NCBI GenBank assembly: GCA_050273025.1
Contig: CP158635.1
Coordinates: 19,220,001-19,284,000 of the forward strand
DNA: 64,000 bases
Direction: 5' to 3'
Source of the DNA: Cenococcum geophilum
Lineage: Eukaryota
A program made the translations under genes and the position numbers. Under the pieces are notes generated by a model. It searched no databases. It was not told the origin of the DNA and saw only the letters and a list, made by a program, of their open reading frames with translations. Shown in pieces: positions 26,889 through 40,300 of this stretch; the first letter of the stretch is position 1; every line of letters starts with the position of its first letter.

Positions 26889-28953
26889 ATGCCGTATATA
26901 GACGTTCTATATCTTATACCTACTAGAGAAAGCAAGATTAAGTAGTTATAGTCTAGCTATCTCTATATTACGGAACCGCTAGGAAGGGGTTCTATAATTA
27001 GTAGTTGTATTTAAAAAGGTATATATTTCCTACAGCATTCTAAAGCTTATATCCCTTATTAGAGTCTACTATAAGCACCCTATCTATTATTAAATATTAG
27101 ACCGCGCCTTTACGTCCCTTATACTTATAAATACCCTTACTAGGCTAGTATTTAGCAATATCTATAACGCCCTTATATTTTAGCGCTAGAATAACTAGGT
27201 AGATAGCGCTTAAGCTACCCTTTACTATATGCTTATTAAGCCTAAGCAAACATATAATAATAAGATAGTTTACCTTTAACGTAAAATAGAATATACTAAG
27301 TATAATACTAATAGCGAAGTAAGCGAAACCCTTATAGAGCTAGATACTAACACTAAGGAGTAGTTTTAAAAGCTTAGTATAGTCTAGGTCGGCTATTATC
27401 TGCTAGGGCTATAGTCTTTACTAGCTATACTAGAGAGGGAATAGGCGGCGGGAAAGGGCCCTTTAGAAAATATACCTATTGACCTACTTCTCTATACTAG
27501 GTCTTTTATAAAGTTATATAATATTAACCTCCAGAACCCCTATATATAGTTTAACTTCTTTTTTAAAAATAAAGGCCTCTATATTATAGGCTGCTTTAGG
27601 TCTCTATTAGCGCAGCTAACAGTTAATAGCGACGCAGCTATATAGTGGCTGTATTACTTAAACCAGTATAGTATAAAGATACTACTTAATAAGCTTAAAT
27701 ACTACTTCTAGTAGACGGAATTCGCTACTAAAGACAACTTTAAGGAAGTGTGTAGATATTATATAGCTTACGCTCTTAGCGGGCCGGCAGCTACTAATAT
27801 TAATATTAAGATGCCGACCCTACTCCCTAATAATAGAATAATAGGTAGATAGATACTAAGAGATGCTTTAGGTACGGGCAGTTACGGAAGAGTGTTCTTT
27901 ACCTTAGATTAGTTAGCCAACGTAACTACTATTAAAGTAGTAGAGCGGACTTCCTAAAATTATTATAGTGTAAATAAAAAGATTAAGATACTTTGGGAAG
28001 TAACTAATTTTATATAGAAGTTAGACAATAGTAAGCAAATTCTATATATAGTAGAGGTAATTTACTCTAATAGTAAGGAGTTCTCCTCTAAGACGGCCTT
28101 TAATAATATTACTATTATCTTAAAGCTAATAACGCCCTGGACCTTTAGCGACTTAGTAGGGACTTAGAGTAAGGGGTAAGCCTCTTATATTTTTAAAATT
28201 ATAGTTTAAGAGAACGCAGCTAATATATAAGCTTAATAGAGGGTATAAGGGCATAATAATAGAGGCGGCGACTGTATTCCGTGCTATATTACTAGGCGTT
28301 AAAGTTATATATAACGGACGCTAGCTGTACTATAACCTAAAGCTAACTAGTATTAGCTTTATCGGCAAGCCGCTTTATTCTATTCTATTAGATATTAGTA
28401 TATCTAGGCATATTTAGGCAGGTAGGTTATTACGGCCTAAGCTAGGTATAGTTAGTATAATTAGCTATTTTACTCCCGAGCTTAAGCTAGAGGACTATAA
28501 CCACTCTATTAATATCTAGTTTATAGGCATTCTTTTATTTAAGCTAATATATAACTACTACCTATAGAAGTTCTTTATTAACCTATAGCGTAACAGTAAG
28601 AATAATAAGAAGCTGCGCCCTTCCTTTTAGGGGAGTTATTAGAATACTATTAATAAAATAGCTAGGGATTATAAAAGTGCGTATACGTCGCCAGCTAGAG
28701 GCTATATATATTATAAGTATTCTACGTTATAAAACTTTAATAGCTTCTAGTAGTAGATGGGCTAATCTAAACTTATAGTTGGCGGTCTCTTTATTAAGAT
28801 AGTAAAATACTAGTAGGCAGTAAATAACTATACGTAGCGCCCTAATATTAATAAGGTTCTCTAGTACTTAGCTTAAGGCCTACTACTACCCAAATCTCTA
28901 TAGGCGAAGAGATAATAATTAAAGTATAGCCTTAAAGATAGGGAGGTATAAGT
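26889..28953 (+). pseudogene. RIP-inactivated Ser/Thr protein kinase with N-terminal extension
   Basis: G-loop LGTGSYGRV at ~27868, catalytic L(HRD)LK(P) at ~28325, and (GT)I(G)YF(A)PEL(E)LEDY(D)HSI(D)I(W) at ~28455-28520. Probable introns at ~28176 and ~28715. Confidence 0.88.
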
Positions 28954-29199
28954 AAGTATTATTTAAAAGGCTACTTAGCTAGCATATTATAGTTATATAA
29001 GAGAAAGACTAGTAGTACTAGTATATATATTATATCCAGTACCTATAGTAATTAAATTCCCGTTTCTCTTAATAATAATACTACTACCCTATATTCTATC
29101 GCTTCTAACTATAGTTAGGCCTAGGGTTTATACCACCCCCTTATTATACCCTATATATTAGATTATATAATAACGCCTCCTTACGCCTATGTTAACTTA

Positions 29200-31580
29200 T
29201 AGATTTCCAACCTTATTTAAAGGCTTACCTCCCTAACCTCTACCTAAAACAGCCTAACTTATAACGTCCTATATATAGCTATTACTAGCTATAATATTAC
29301 GGCTAGATAGCCTACCTACTATTATAGCTAGCCAAGATCTGCTTATCGTAAGCCTATATCCTTTTAATTTAGTTTTATATTACGGCCTATCGAACTAATA
29401 GTAGTATAAACTTATAGGACTGCCTTAATATTATTACTACTTAAAGTGCCTACCTTGTTCCTTATGCGGGTATACTGGTATTCTAGGAAGCCTATAATAA
29501 CCAATTCGCTACCACACTTAAATAGCACCTTAATGCGGTTATTACCAAATAGATATATAGAAGTATTATATATTATAGCGCCGCCGATAAATAGCCTATA
29601 GGGTATACGCTACTAGAGGTTAAAGAGAAGCATAAGGCTAAATTAAAGGCGTAGGAAGAGCTTGAGGGGGCTACTTCTAATAATGGCAGTAATAACGACA
29701 ACAACGATAAAGATAAAGGCGGTAATAATATTAACGCTAAAGTTGGTCTAGGGAAACTAGTAGCAGTACTAGACTAGCCCTAGAGGCCGTAAAGGCTACG
29801 CTAAGTAGACTAGCTCCTAATACTACCGCTATCCGCTAAAAGCCCTCTAGCTATACTATATAGGAGGAAGCGGCGGAGAATATCCGGGGAAGATAAGAAG
29901 GAGAAAAAGCGCCCTATTAAGAAGTATGTTAGCTTTACCTAAGAAGTCTTTACTACTATAGAAGATGCTATACCTAATATAGTATAGTAGAAGGGCTAGA
30001 AGTGGTAACGGACTCTTAACGTAGGTAATAAAGAGGAGGGGGATAAGAAGCGGCCGAGTAAGGTATAAGTTACTACTACTCGCCCTAGTGGCATATAGCT
30101 ACAGAGACTATGACTACAGCTAAAATAACTAGCTGGTTAACAATGCCACGATTATTACAATAGGACGGCTAGGCTAGCCGCTTACGCGCTTATAACGCTG
30201 CGCCACGCCGCTCTTAAGTATATAGCGCCTTTATTACCAATATTAAGGAGATGCTAAAAGGTATTGCTCCTACTATAAGGACTATTTACTTAACTTAAGG
30301 ACTTAAAACTAAGGCTTATTTAAACTCTTAGGGCTAAAACTAAAAGTATTTTAGAGTAGCTAGTGCCGGTAAGGTTATAGAGTGTCTTTATAAAAAAGTA
30401 AGAAGGGATTTTCTTAAAGGATACTGTACTTAATATAGGTCTGGTTAAAGGATATAGAGGCCTTTTATATCCTACTCCTCTCTACCGCTTAGCTAATAGA
30501 AGAGCTAATAGTAGGCTCCGCTTTAACTATGCCTTAAAAGTTAAGCCAATTTACTAACTTAGGGATACTAATATAGTATTATAAATGTACTATAATATAG
30601 CTATAATAGGAGCATAATCCTTCCCTATCTATACCCTACTTTACTATATCTCTATAGGAGGGTTATATTAAACGGTAAGGGCTAATATTAACCCCTTTCT
30701 TCTAATTATTCTAAGATAGCAATATAGAGGTAGCTAGTTAAGCGTTACTTTATATAGTAATGCCCATCTAGTTACGTAGCTTTACTTAAGCCCTATTATA
30801 CGCCTTAATATAACTTCTTATTGCCTTAATAAATTAATAGCTAATAAGCCTAACCTAAGGTTAAGATAAGGTGAATAGGTAACTTAGCTTTTAGATAGCC
30901 TTAATAGTATAGGGTTTAGAGGCATTTATATAAAGTTATAAACTAAAACTGGAAGCTAATAATAACCCCCTAATAACGCCTTACCTAGTAGGAATAGTAT
31001 TATGTAATTTACTCCTAACGCCCACCCTTTACGGAGCCGGATACTACTTAAGTAGTAAACTTATCTTAGCTAGTTAACCTTATATATTTACTCCCTATCT
31101 ATAGTAAAGGAGCTATTAGTGCGTTATAGGGTGGTTTAATTAGTATTCTAGCTAAGCCCTTTATAAGCGCTCCGCCTTATATAGGCGGTAATTAACTCTT
31201 ATTAATCTGCGTTATATTAGAAGAGATTTTTTACTTAAGGCGTTAAGTAGCTAGTACTTAAAGGTCTATAGGCTTATTTTATATCCTAATAATATTAACT
31301 ACAATTTCTCCTTAAGTAGTATCCTATAAGTACCTATAAGTATAGCGTCCCTAAATTATTAGCTAGTAAGTAGGTGTTTATAGATAAAGAAACTAACTTT
31401 AGAGATAATAATGGCAATATAGAGGCGTTAGCTGGTTAGGAAAGTAACTTAGAATAGAATATAAAGATACTATATAACGGAGAAAATGGTTTTAGTACTA
31501 AAGATTAAAAAAATAGGAGCAGATAGTAATAAAGAGATATCGAGCAATAAGGCTATATGGGCGACGGTTAGATATAGTAG
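29200..31580 (+). pseudogene. Large RIP-degraded hypothetical gene with acidic/charged linkers
   Basis: Long coding-like frame with Asp/Asn and Glu/Lys runs at ~29680-30060 and RIP-type stops. No family recognised. Confidence 0.35.
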
Positions 31581-32274
31581 CCTTAACTTTATAGTCTTAA
31601 ATCTATAAGCAAAGGATAAAAATATAAAGAAGAGTTCTAATAAAAGCTAGTAAAAGGGTTAAAACTTTAGCCTCTTTTTATTTAGCCTATTGCGAAATAA
31701 AATAATATTTTATTATTTCTACTAGAGTCTCTGCCCGCTTAACTTATAGCAAGCTATAAAGTATTTATAATAATTTATACTTTTACTTAAATAAATTTAT
31801 TTACTGCTTTAAAAGCGATAATAGAAGGCAAATCTATACTAATAATTTAGGATTTTTTAATTTTCTTATAGACCTAAGACGCATGCTATACCAGCAACTA
31901 TTAGTTGTATTTAATACTATAGTACTTATAGATTTATATCTTAAGGATATAAATATATTATTTTATAGTGTTTTCCTTTTATTTAAATCATTTCTCTACT
32001 TATAGTATATAGCGGTTGTTTATCTATTCTAGTGCGGTAGGAAAGGGTATTTAGGTTATATAAGGGGGCTTAGACTTATAGCTACGCTTATAGGGCTGTT
32101 TATATAGGAACTTCTCTATATATAAGGGGGCTTTAAGTCGTTATAAAGTTTATAGGAGTCTTTATATAGGAACTTCTTTAATATTTCTAGATCTAGGACT
32201 TATATATTTCCTTTTTTTATAGTTCTAATATTTTCCTAACATTTGCTTCCTGCTAGGCGTTAATAGAGGGCACT

Positions 32275-32900
32275 AGGTTAGATTACCCTACTTACGCAAT
32301 TACCCTGCTCGTATAATTACCTCGCTTGCATAATCGCCCAGCTCGCACGATTGCCCAGCTCGCATAATCGCCCCACTTGTACGATTACCCCGCTTGCACG
32401 ATTACCCCGCTTGCACGATTACCTAGCTCCTACAAGCACTAGGCTCGCACAATCACCTAGCTTATAGGATTACCCCACTTATATAATTACCTAGCTTGCA
32501 TAATTACCTAGCTTACACGATTACCTAGCTTGCATAATTACCTAGCTTACACGATTACCTAGTTTGCATAATTACCTAGCTTATATAATTACCTAGCTTG
32601 TATAATTACCTAGCTTGTATAATTACCTAGCTTATATAATTACCTAGCTTGCATAATTACCTAGCTTATATAATTACTTAGCTTATAGGATTAGCCAGCT
32701 CCTATAAGTATCTAACTTATATAATTGCCTAGCTTATAAGATTAAAGCTATAAAGTTATTAAACCCATTAATACCCTATTTATACGCTAGGCATTAATTA
32801 AAGGTACTAAGTTAGATTACTCTACTTATATAATTACCTAGCTTATAGGATCCCCTAGCTCTTATAAGCCCCTAGCTTTTATAAGCTTCTAGCTTATAAG
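32275..32900. repeat. 17-bp minisatellite ATTACCTAGCTTGCATA (>25 copies)
   Basis: Regular 17-bp period. GC-rich variants (ATCGCCCAGCTCGCACG-like) on the left give way to TA-rich variants on the right. Confidence 0.95.
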
Positions 32901-33769
32901 ACTAAAGCCATAACCGCTAAATCCGTTAAAATCCTAGCTGTATATTTTAGAGGACGCTACGCCCAACTACCTAGCTCGCTCTTTTTATACCCTAATTACC
33001 CTTATATACTTCGTTGCTTAAAGTGCTAGCATTATATATAAGTAAATATATATAGCTTAGGAGATTAGCTTAGGTAGGAAGTTATTATATAATACTTCTC
33101 TTCCTTTCTCCATTTGGGTTAATTTAAGAAATTCGAATATATGTCTCGTTTATAGTCGGTCCATTAGACCGGCGTAATCTACCTTTCTCTTATATACCCT
33201 TCTCCTTAATATCTCTTCTAATAGATCCTCTTAATAAGACTTAAATATATAATAGAGGAGCGTAGTTCTACTTACTTTAGCTTAGTTAGATTTGCTAGCT
33301 TATTACTAATTAAGTATATAAATGCGGCAAATATTCGCTATAAAGGGTAGGGCTAGTTCTAGCTTAAATCTAATATATAAATTTCCTTTAATAAGGCAGT
33401 GGTAAAGAGTTGCACTTCTAAAGTATACTTAGAAAATATTTTATAGTAATTAGCCAATCTAAAACCTAGATTTATTATTAACCTATATATATTACACCGT
33501 TGTCCAGCTAAAGCATTTTAGGGAATATATAGTTAAACTATTTTTGTAAAATAGCTAATAACTTTGCCTTCCTAATAGAACTATTCCTACTAGTTGGTTA
33601 GAGGGGTTAACTAATATTTAACTTTAGTAGCGGCGAATATAAGATAAGGTATAGTTTTTTAAGTTTAAGGGTAATCGCAAGAGAACTGATTTAATAGCTG
33701 CTATTTATAAATACTTAAGACGTCTTAGGAGCCTGGTAGGCTTAGGTATTACGGACCTTATTAATATTT

Positions 33770-33990
33770 TAAGAGAAGTAGACTATAACACGTATTACAG
33801 TAAAGAGTATCCCAATTTTTATTGCGTGTTGCTATGAGCTTTGCCTTCTTAACGTAGTCGTAACGACTGCACGTAAAGCTTATTGGCGAAGTAAGCCGAT
33901 GTAGCGTCTATGATCCTTATAGGGGATATTCCTTCACCACCTCGAGATTATAAGGCTCCTGCGAGGGGTTAGAGACTATATTATCTTAAG
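33770..33990 (-). pseudogene. Small putative zinc-ribbon protein remnant
   Basis: HRLTSPISFTCSR(C)DYVKKAKLIATRNKNWDTLYCNTCY: two CxxC-like pairs, with upstream TAA/TAG stops. Confidence 0.35.
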
Positions 33991-34912
33991 ATAAGTTAGA
34001 AGTTATTTTATATATCTAATTAAAGGTAGTAGTTAGTATATAAGGAGGAATAAGCCTATAAATTTTTATTTAGGGTTAAAACGAATTAACGATACTAATT
34101 AGATTATAATACAGTCGGTTGCAAAATCGGCTTCACCCTTAAACTCTCTATTAGAATCTTAACCCCACTTTATTGCACGGACCTCTCCGCGCCCGCTACT
34201 CTAGATCTGGTTTAGCGTCAGCATCATTTGCAGTACTACGGAGGCCTGTAGCTACCAAGGGGCATAAACGAAGTGAGCCTTCACCTTTTCCGTTGTCGCA
34301 CGGAAGAAATGTTATTTCACTAGTAACGCGCGTACGGCGCGCCGATGCCCTAAAACGAGTTGGGCACTATAGTTGGAAGGGAGCTGGTGAGGGTGAAAAT
34401 TAAGGGCCAGCGTAAGAGAGCAACGACACAAATTGCGCCGGCAATAGTGTGTCTAATAGCCTGACCGGCTGACAGCCTGATAGCCCGACGTGGTCTTTTC
34501 CCCAGCTAGCTAGACCTTCTACGTGGACAACCGAATAGCCCTAAGACCTGCAGCCCAGCTTAGACTGGCTGATGTAATTTATAGGATATTGTATATCCTC
34601 CGTACATAAATTGTTCTGGTTGGGAAATTTTGGTAATGGAAAAATAATAACCCACTGCTGAGCGGCAGTGATAGTAATCAATGATTAGCAGCTGTTAACT
34701 AGGTAATCGGTTAGTAGTGTCCGCGAGCGTTAGTAGCGGCAGCAGTGTCTTGCAAAAACGAAGCGAGCCTGCCTCGACACTATATCTCATATTTAGATAT
34801 ATATCACGATTATATTTAATAAATTCAATTGAATGGTGTTCTGGTTGCTAGCTCTCTACCGGGAAAAATCCGAATATAGTCCCACTGTCACGGAATGGAG
34901 CTATGCAACTCG

Positions 34913-37308
34913 TGTTGAATTGAGGTTATGTAGCTAAAAACTCTATATATTGCTTATTTTCTATATAGGTAGTTAAAGAGATTTTAAAAAACTTTAACCG
35001 CCGGTTAAAGTTGTCTGATTGGTTAGATTCCTGCTAAGAGCTTTCTCCCATAAGTCTTATTACGTGATATTGTTGCGGGCTTGTTTTCTAACACCCTCCC
35101 TTAAGCTTAGTTAACGATACCGCTATATACACTGTATATAGGGGTATAAGATTGCTTGATAAGGGTTACTGAAGCTCCTTTAAGGTAGAAAAGGTGTCTA
35201 ATAAGGAGTTACGCCCTCCCTAGCGTCTAGAGACAGCGCCTACTCTATAAAACGTCTCTTGAAATTTTGGTAGCACCTCCCTATAGGTGTTTTATATTGC
35301 CTATAGAGCTCTAGAGGCCCTATAGCCTTACCCTATATTTCTTCTAAAGTATGTCTATCCTTCCTACTGGTATAAGCCCTCCCTAATGTCGTGGCCGTTA
35401 GATTTAGGTAGTAGGTTCGGGTAGTAGGTTTAGGTAATAGGTTAAGTTCTATCGCTTATCTTAAGGCCTTAAGGCGTTATTTAGCGCACTTTCTAAAGAT
35501 CTACTAGTCGTATACTGATTTCCTATTAAGGTCTAGTGTAGTTAATTAAGTTTTTGCACCATCCGAAGGTGTTTAAGGAAGGCGTAGAATTAAGGACCTA
35601 CGAGAGGCTTAGTAAGGCCGTCGGCCGCTATATTAATTAAAGCGACGTGTATAAGGTTAATCCTGCTACTATTTATCTTATCTCTTATATAGTAAAATTG
35701 GATATTAATGTGCTTTATTCAATTATATTAAACTAAATTTTTAGCCAACGCTTTTGCAGCTTAGTTATTGGTTTTAATTAGAATTCTAGTAAACTATTCG
35801 CTCTAGTCTAGTACGCCTAGTTTAGTAAGTAAAAGTTAAAGCTATATAGCCTCTTTTACTGCAGCCGTTAAAGCCGTGTACTCTAATTGGTATATTAATA
35901 GCGAAATGGTAACTTATAGCTTTAATTTCTATAAAATTGGTCCTCCATTTAATATAAATATAAAGCCTAATATAGAGCGTTTTGTAGTTTTGTCTTATTT
36001 TTAGTTGGCGTTACTAAAGCTAATTAGTGTAAGGTCTAGGTTCTTATTACCTCTATAGGTAATTCCTCTATTAAGTAAGCCGGCTAGGTATTAAAGGATA
36101 AGCCTTATGGCTGTTATATAGGTAGAGGTAGGATTATAAGTAAAATAGCTTACTGTTAATACCGTAAAGGTAATATCTAGCCTTATTTCTATTATAGGAA
36201 ACATAACTAAACTAACTATACTCTAGTATCTTTTAATGTTATCCTTACTAGTAGTTTCTTAATTAGCTATAAGCTTAATTAAGTGCTTTATAGGTATTAG
36301 TAAGGTATTAGCTTTTTATAATTTAAAGCGTTTAAAAGCTTTAATAAGGTAAGCTCGCTATAAGAGTGTAATCTTCTTCTTTTTTTAATCTCTTATAACT
36401 ATTATACCTAAGTAAAAGTTTATTAGCCTAAGATCTATTATTTAAAAGGCTGCTTTAAGCTCTACTTTTACCTAATTAACTACCGCTATATCTTTATGGA
36501 TAATTTTAGTATTATTAATATAGGCAGAAATAATTAAACCTTTCTATTCTTTACTAGTGGCGAATATACTATAATCCGCGTATAGATAGTAAAGTCTAAG
36601 CTTTTCTAGTAGAGACTTTAAGAGCGTCTTATACTAGATTTAAGGTAACTATTTTAGTCTATAGGGGGCCTTCTTAAAGCGGTAGACTTTGCCAGCTTTT
36701 TTATAGCCTTTTAGCATAATAACATAGAGTTCTTAGTTAATTAGTCTATAGAGAAAGGCGGTTTTAACGTCCATCTATTTAATTTTAAGATTGTAGTAGG
36801 CAGTAATCGCGAATAGAGCTCTAAAAGCTATAGGTTTTACTACCGCGGTAAAGGTTTAGTTATAGTTAACACCATACTGCTATAGATTTCCCTTAATAAC
36901 CTATCTTGCCTTACAGTGGAGGACCTCGCCATTATATCCTCTTTTAACTTTAAATACCTATTTACTAGCAAGAGGCTTATAAGGAGGCTTAAGGGAGGTA
37001 AAGTTAATAAGTTTCTACGTCTAGTTCTTAACTAGAGATCCTATTTCCTTTATTATTGCTTTTATCTATTTTTTACTATTTAGGCTATTAATTGCTCGGT
37101 TATAAGTATAAGGCTTATCTTTATTAATTAAGGTAGTAGATATATATGTTTCAAGATTGGGTGAGCTAGTATATTAAATATAGCCTACTAGTAGAGCTAT
37201 AGGATTAACCGCGTTGTGGTTATTTAAGTAAGAATCTTAAGGTATAGATTATAAGGGAAAGGTAGATAGAAGGGCTATTAGTTTATTACCTACTTTGTTA
37301 TCCTAGTT
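34913..37308 (-). mobile_element. Ty1/Copia retrotransposon 3' part (RT, RNase H, PPT, 3' LTR at 34913-35093), RIP-mutated
   Basis: K(W)VFKVKR..KAR(W)VIKG, MDVKTAFL and KKA.Y(G)LK(QS)P(R)I(W). PPT AAGGGAGGG precedes a 181-bp LTR TGTTAG...TCAACA. Confidence 0.92.
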
Positions 37309-40300
37309 TGTTATAAAACGAGGGCAGTAGCTACAGAGCGTATATATTTGAGGAGTCTATAAAACGTTACGCGATTAATTATAAGGGTCGAGGGCGTAAG
37401 GAGGTAATATACCTACGCGTAGCTAATATAAGCTGTACGCGAGGTGTACGTAAGAGCACGGGGCTCTCCTATAGAGGCCCCTGCGGTAGGGTTTTATAAC
37501 ACTACCCCCCCTTCTATAAAGGCGGAGCTCCGGCGACGCTATAGTTACTATATATATATAAAAGGGACACTTAAGGTATAGAAAAGAAGAAAGGGGGGTA
37601 TTACTAAAGGTTTAAAATAATGTTATATAATAAGGCTTAGTATCTAAAAATCTAACTAATTAAATAACTTTAACTGCCGGTTAAAGTTCCTAGACATCTT
37701 AATGATATTCCGGTTATATAATCGCACTTTACCGTAATTTAACGGCCATTTGCCCTTACGTGGCAATATATAACGGTTTAACTCTATAAGGGCTCCTATA
37801 GAGGATTAAGTATAAAATCTCTGCTTAGGCCCTGTTTCTATAGGTTTGCGTAGTAAAAGTTACTAATTAGATCCTTTGCATTTTTGAATTTTTTTTATAG
37901 TTACTATTCTGGCTAATTTATATTAAATCCTGTGTATATAGCTCTATAGTAAAGCCGTCATCCTTTACCTTTACTAAAGTATTTAGAGTTAATAATTTAT
38001 TTAACGGTTTACTTTTTATAGTTCTTATCTTTGTTTTTATTTTAGATTAATACTAGTAGGGGTTTAGGCTGTGTCTACTCTAGTAAGGAGTTAGGCTAAT
38101 AGAGGTATAGTAGCTATAGGTAAAATATAGGCTATATCCCGTAGGTAGCTAGGGTAGGCGGGAGTTCTAGCTTATATATGGCTCCCCTATTAATAACTTA
38201 TTTAATTAAATAGGGGCTAAGGTTTTTATAATTAAGTGACTTTATAGGCCTCTATATAGAGATATTATGTATATTTAGCTATACCTAGTCGCCAATACGT
38301 ATCTCTGGTGGTGGCGTTTTATAGTAATTAGTAAAGTAGGCCTACTTTACTTAAGCCCAGGCCATTTCTCCCTTATAGTAGTTGAGTAGATTTTTTATAC
38401 GGTCTATATACTAGTTGGTAAGTAGTATTTTAAGGCGTTTTTTATATAGTAGTTTTTTATTACTAGGTTCTAGTGGCTTTATACCAGATTAGGGGTAATA
38501 ACTCTTATTTGTAAAGAACGGGGTAAGTCCTATAGTAGTTAAGATATAGTTATTTACTGCAAATTTACTTAGTAGGAGGTAATCTACCTAGTTATTTTAA
38601 CTATAGGCAACTACCTATTATAAGTACGCTTTTATGCTGGTATTAGCGTTTTCCGGTTGCCTAGTAGTTTTATAATAGAAGAATATAGACATCTTAATAG
38701 AGATGCAAAGGCGTTAGTAGATTCGTCTCCATATATTAGAGTTAAATTATATACCTTAGTCGGATGTAATTGAGTTAGGTAGCCTATATAGTTAGTAAAC
38801 TTCGTAGAGAAAGGTATTAGTAATATTACTAACGGCTACACCTTTAGTTAGGATGTAGTGGCGCTCTTTTATAAGTTAGTATATTATTATAAGGATGTTC
38901 TTATAGGTATGGCTATATTGTTTATAGGGTGGTAAGTTAATAATAAAATTTATAGCGATATCTGCCTATCGTTATATAGGTACTAGTAGAGGGTGCAATA
39001 GCCCTTAGTACTTTGTATTAAAGGCCTTAGCGCGCTTATAACTATAGTAGGCGCCTATAAGCGTTTAGCTAAGTTTATTTTTAGCTAGAAGTAGTATCGG
39101 CTAAGAAGCTTATAGGTTCCTCCTCTGCCTAAGTGGCCGCTTAATTAGAGGTTATAGGCTATTTAGATTAGTTGCCGTTATAGATTTTCTAAGTTAGGAT
39201 AAATAGGCGACCTCTATAATAGAGCCTGTTTTTTTTTTACTTTTAAGGCTACTATATTAATCTAGCCTAAGCTTTAGAGGTTAGTGGGCAGTATACGGGC
39301 GCTGGCGGTCTTTGCGGTAATAAGTTAATATAATAATAGGTTAATAGAGGTGTTATATACTATAGTAATAAGCTTATTAATTTTAAGAGGTAACTCTAGT
39401 TCTATAGTATAAAGCTGAGGTATAGTTAGCTATATTATAGGTAGTATACCTAGGGCTAAATTTTGTACTTTTAGGATCGCCTATTATTAGAACTAATTAT
39501 AGGGGTTATCTTTAGACTAAGGAAGGTCTTGCGAGCGGCGTATTAGGCTATTAGGTTTAGTACCTTATACTTCTAGTTTGTATATAATTTTAAAGTTAAA
39601 ACTAAAGAGGAACTCGTTCTAATATGCTTAGCATTAGTCTAGCTACTTTATGGTTATAAAGTACTTAAGGTTGCGATGGTCTGTAAGGACTTTAGTTAGC
39701 TAGTTAGGCTTTACTAAGGAGAGTTCTAGTTAGAATTCTTTAAATGCTTATATAATTATAAGGAGTTCTTTATTATAGATCTTATAGTTACACTTTTATA
39801 GTATAAGCTTAGACAAGTAAAATGCGACTAGGTAAAGGAAACCGTTATTACCTATTTAGAAGAGGACGCCTACGTTAACATGGTCTAAGGAGTTAGTTTT
39901 AAGATAGAGTTATTATCCTAGTGTAAAGTAGGCTAGGATAGGTGCTTTAGTAAAGGTATTTTTAAGGTCTTAAAACGCCTTCTTATATTTAGGTGTCTAG
40001 GTAAAGCGTAGGTATATTTTTCTTCCTTTTATAGAAAGGCCCTTTATTTATATTATTGCTATAAGTAGTGCTACTATGCTTAAGAAGTTGTATATAAATT
40101 TCTAATAAAAGTTGGCGAAACTAAGGAAGGCTTATACGTCCTTAATATAGTTAGGGGCTTACTATTTAGTAATTATACGTACTTTCTTAGGGTCTATATA
40201 GATACCCTTAGTAGTAATAATTAGTTTAAGGTATTTTACTTCTATAACTAAGAATTCGCATTTCCTTAAGTTAATATAAAGTCCTACGTCCCTAAGGTGC

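Noticed and set aside
32275..32900. CRISPR-like appearance of regular arrays (also 18.5 kb and 25.7 kb)
   Set aside because: Head-to-tail repeats without unique spacers, no cas genes, and eukaryotic context.
34173..34403. 76-aa ORF in the GC island
   Set aside because: Non-ATG start, no recognisable motif, and expected by chance at this GC content.
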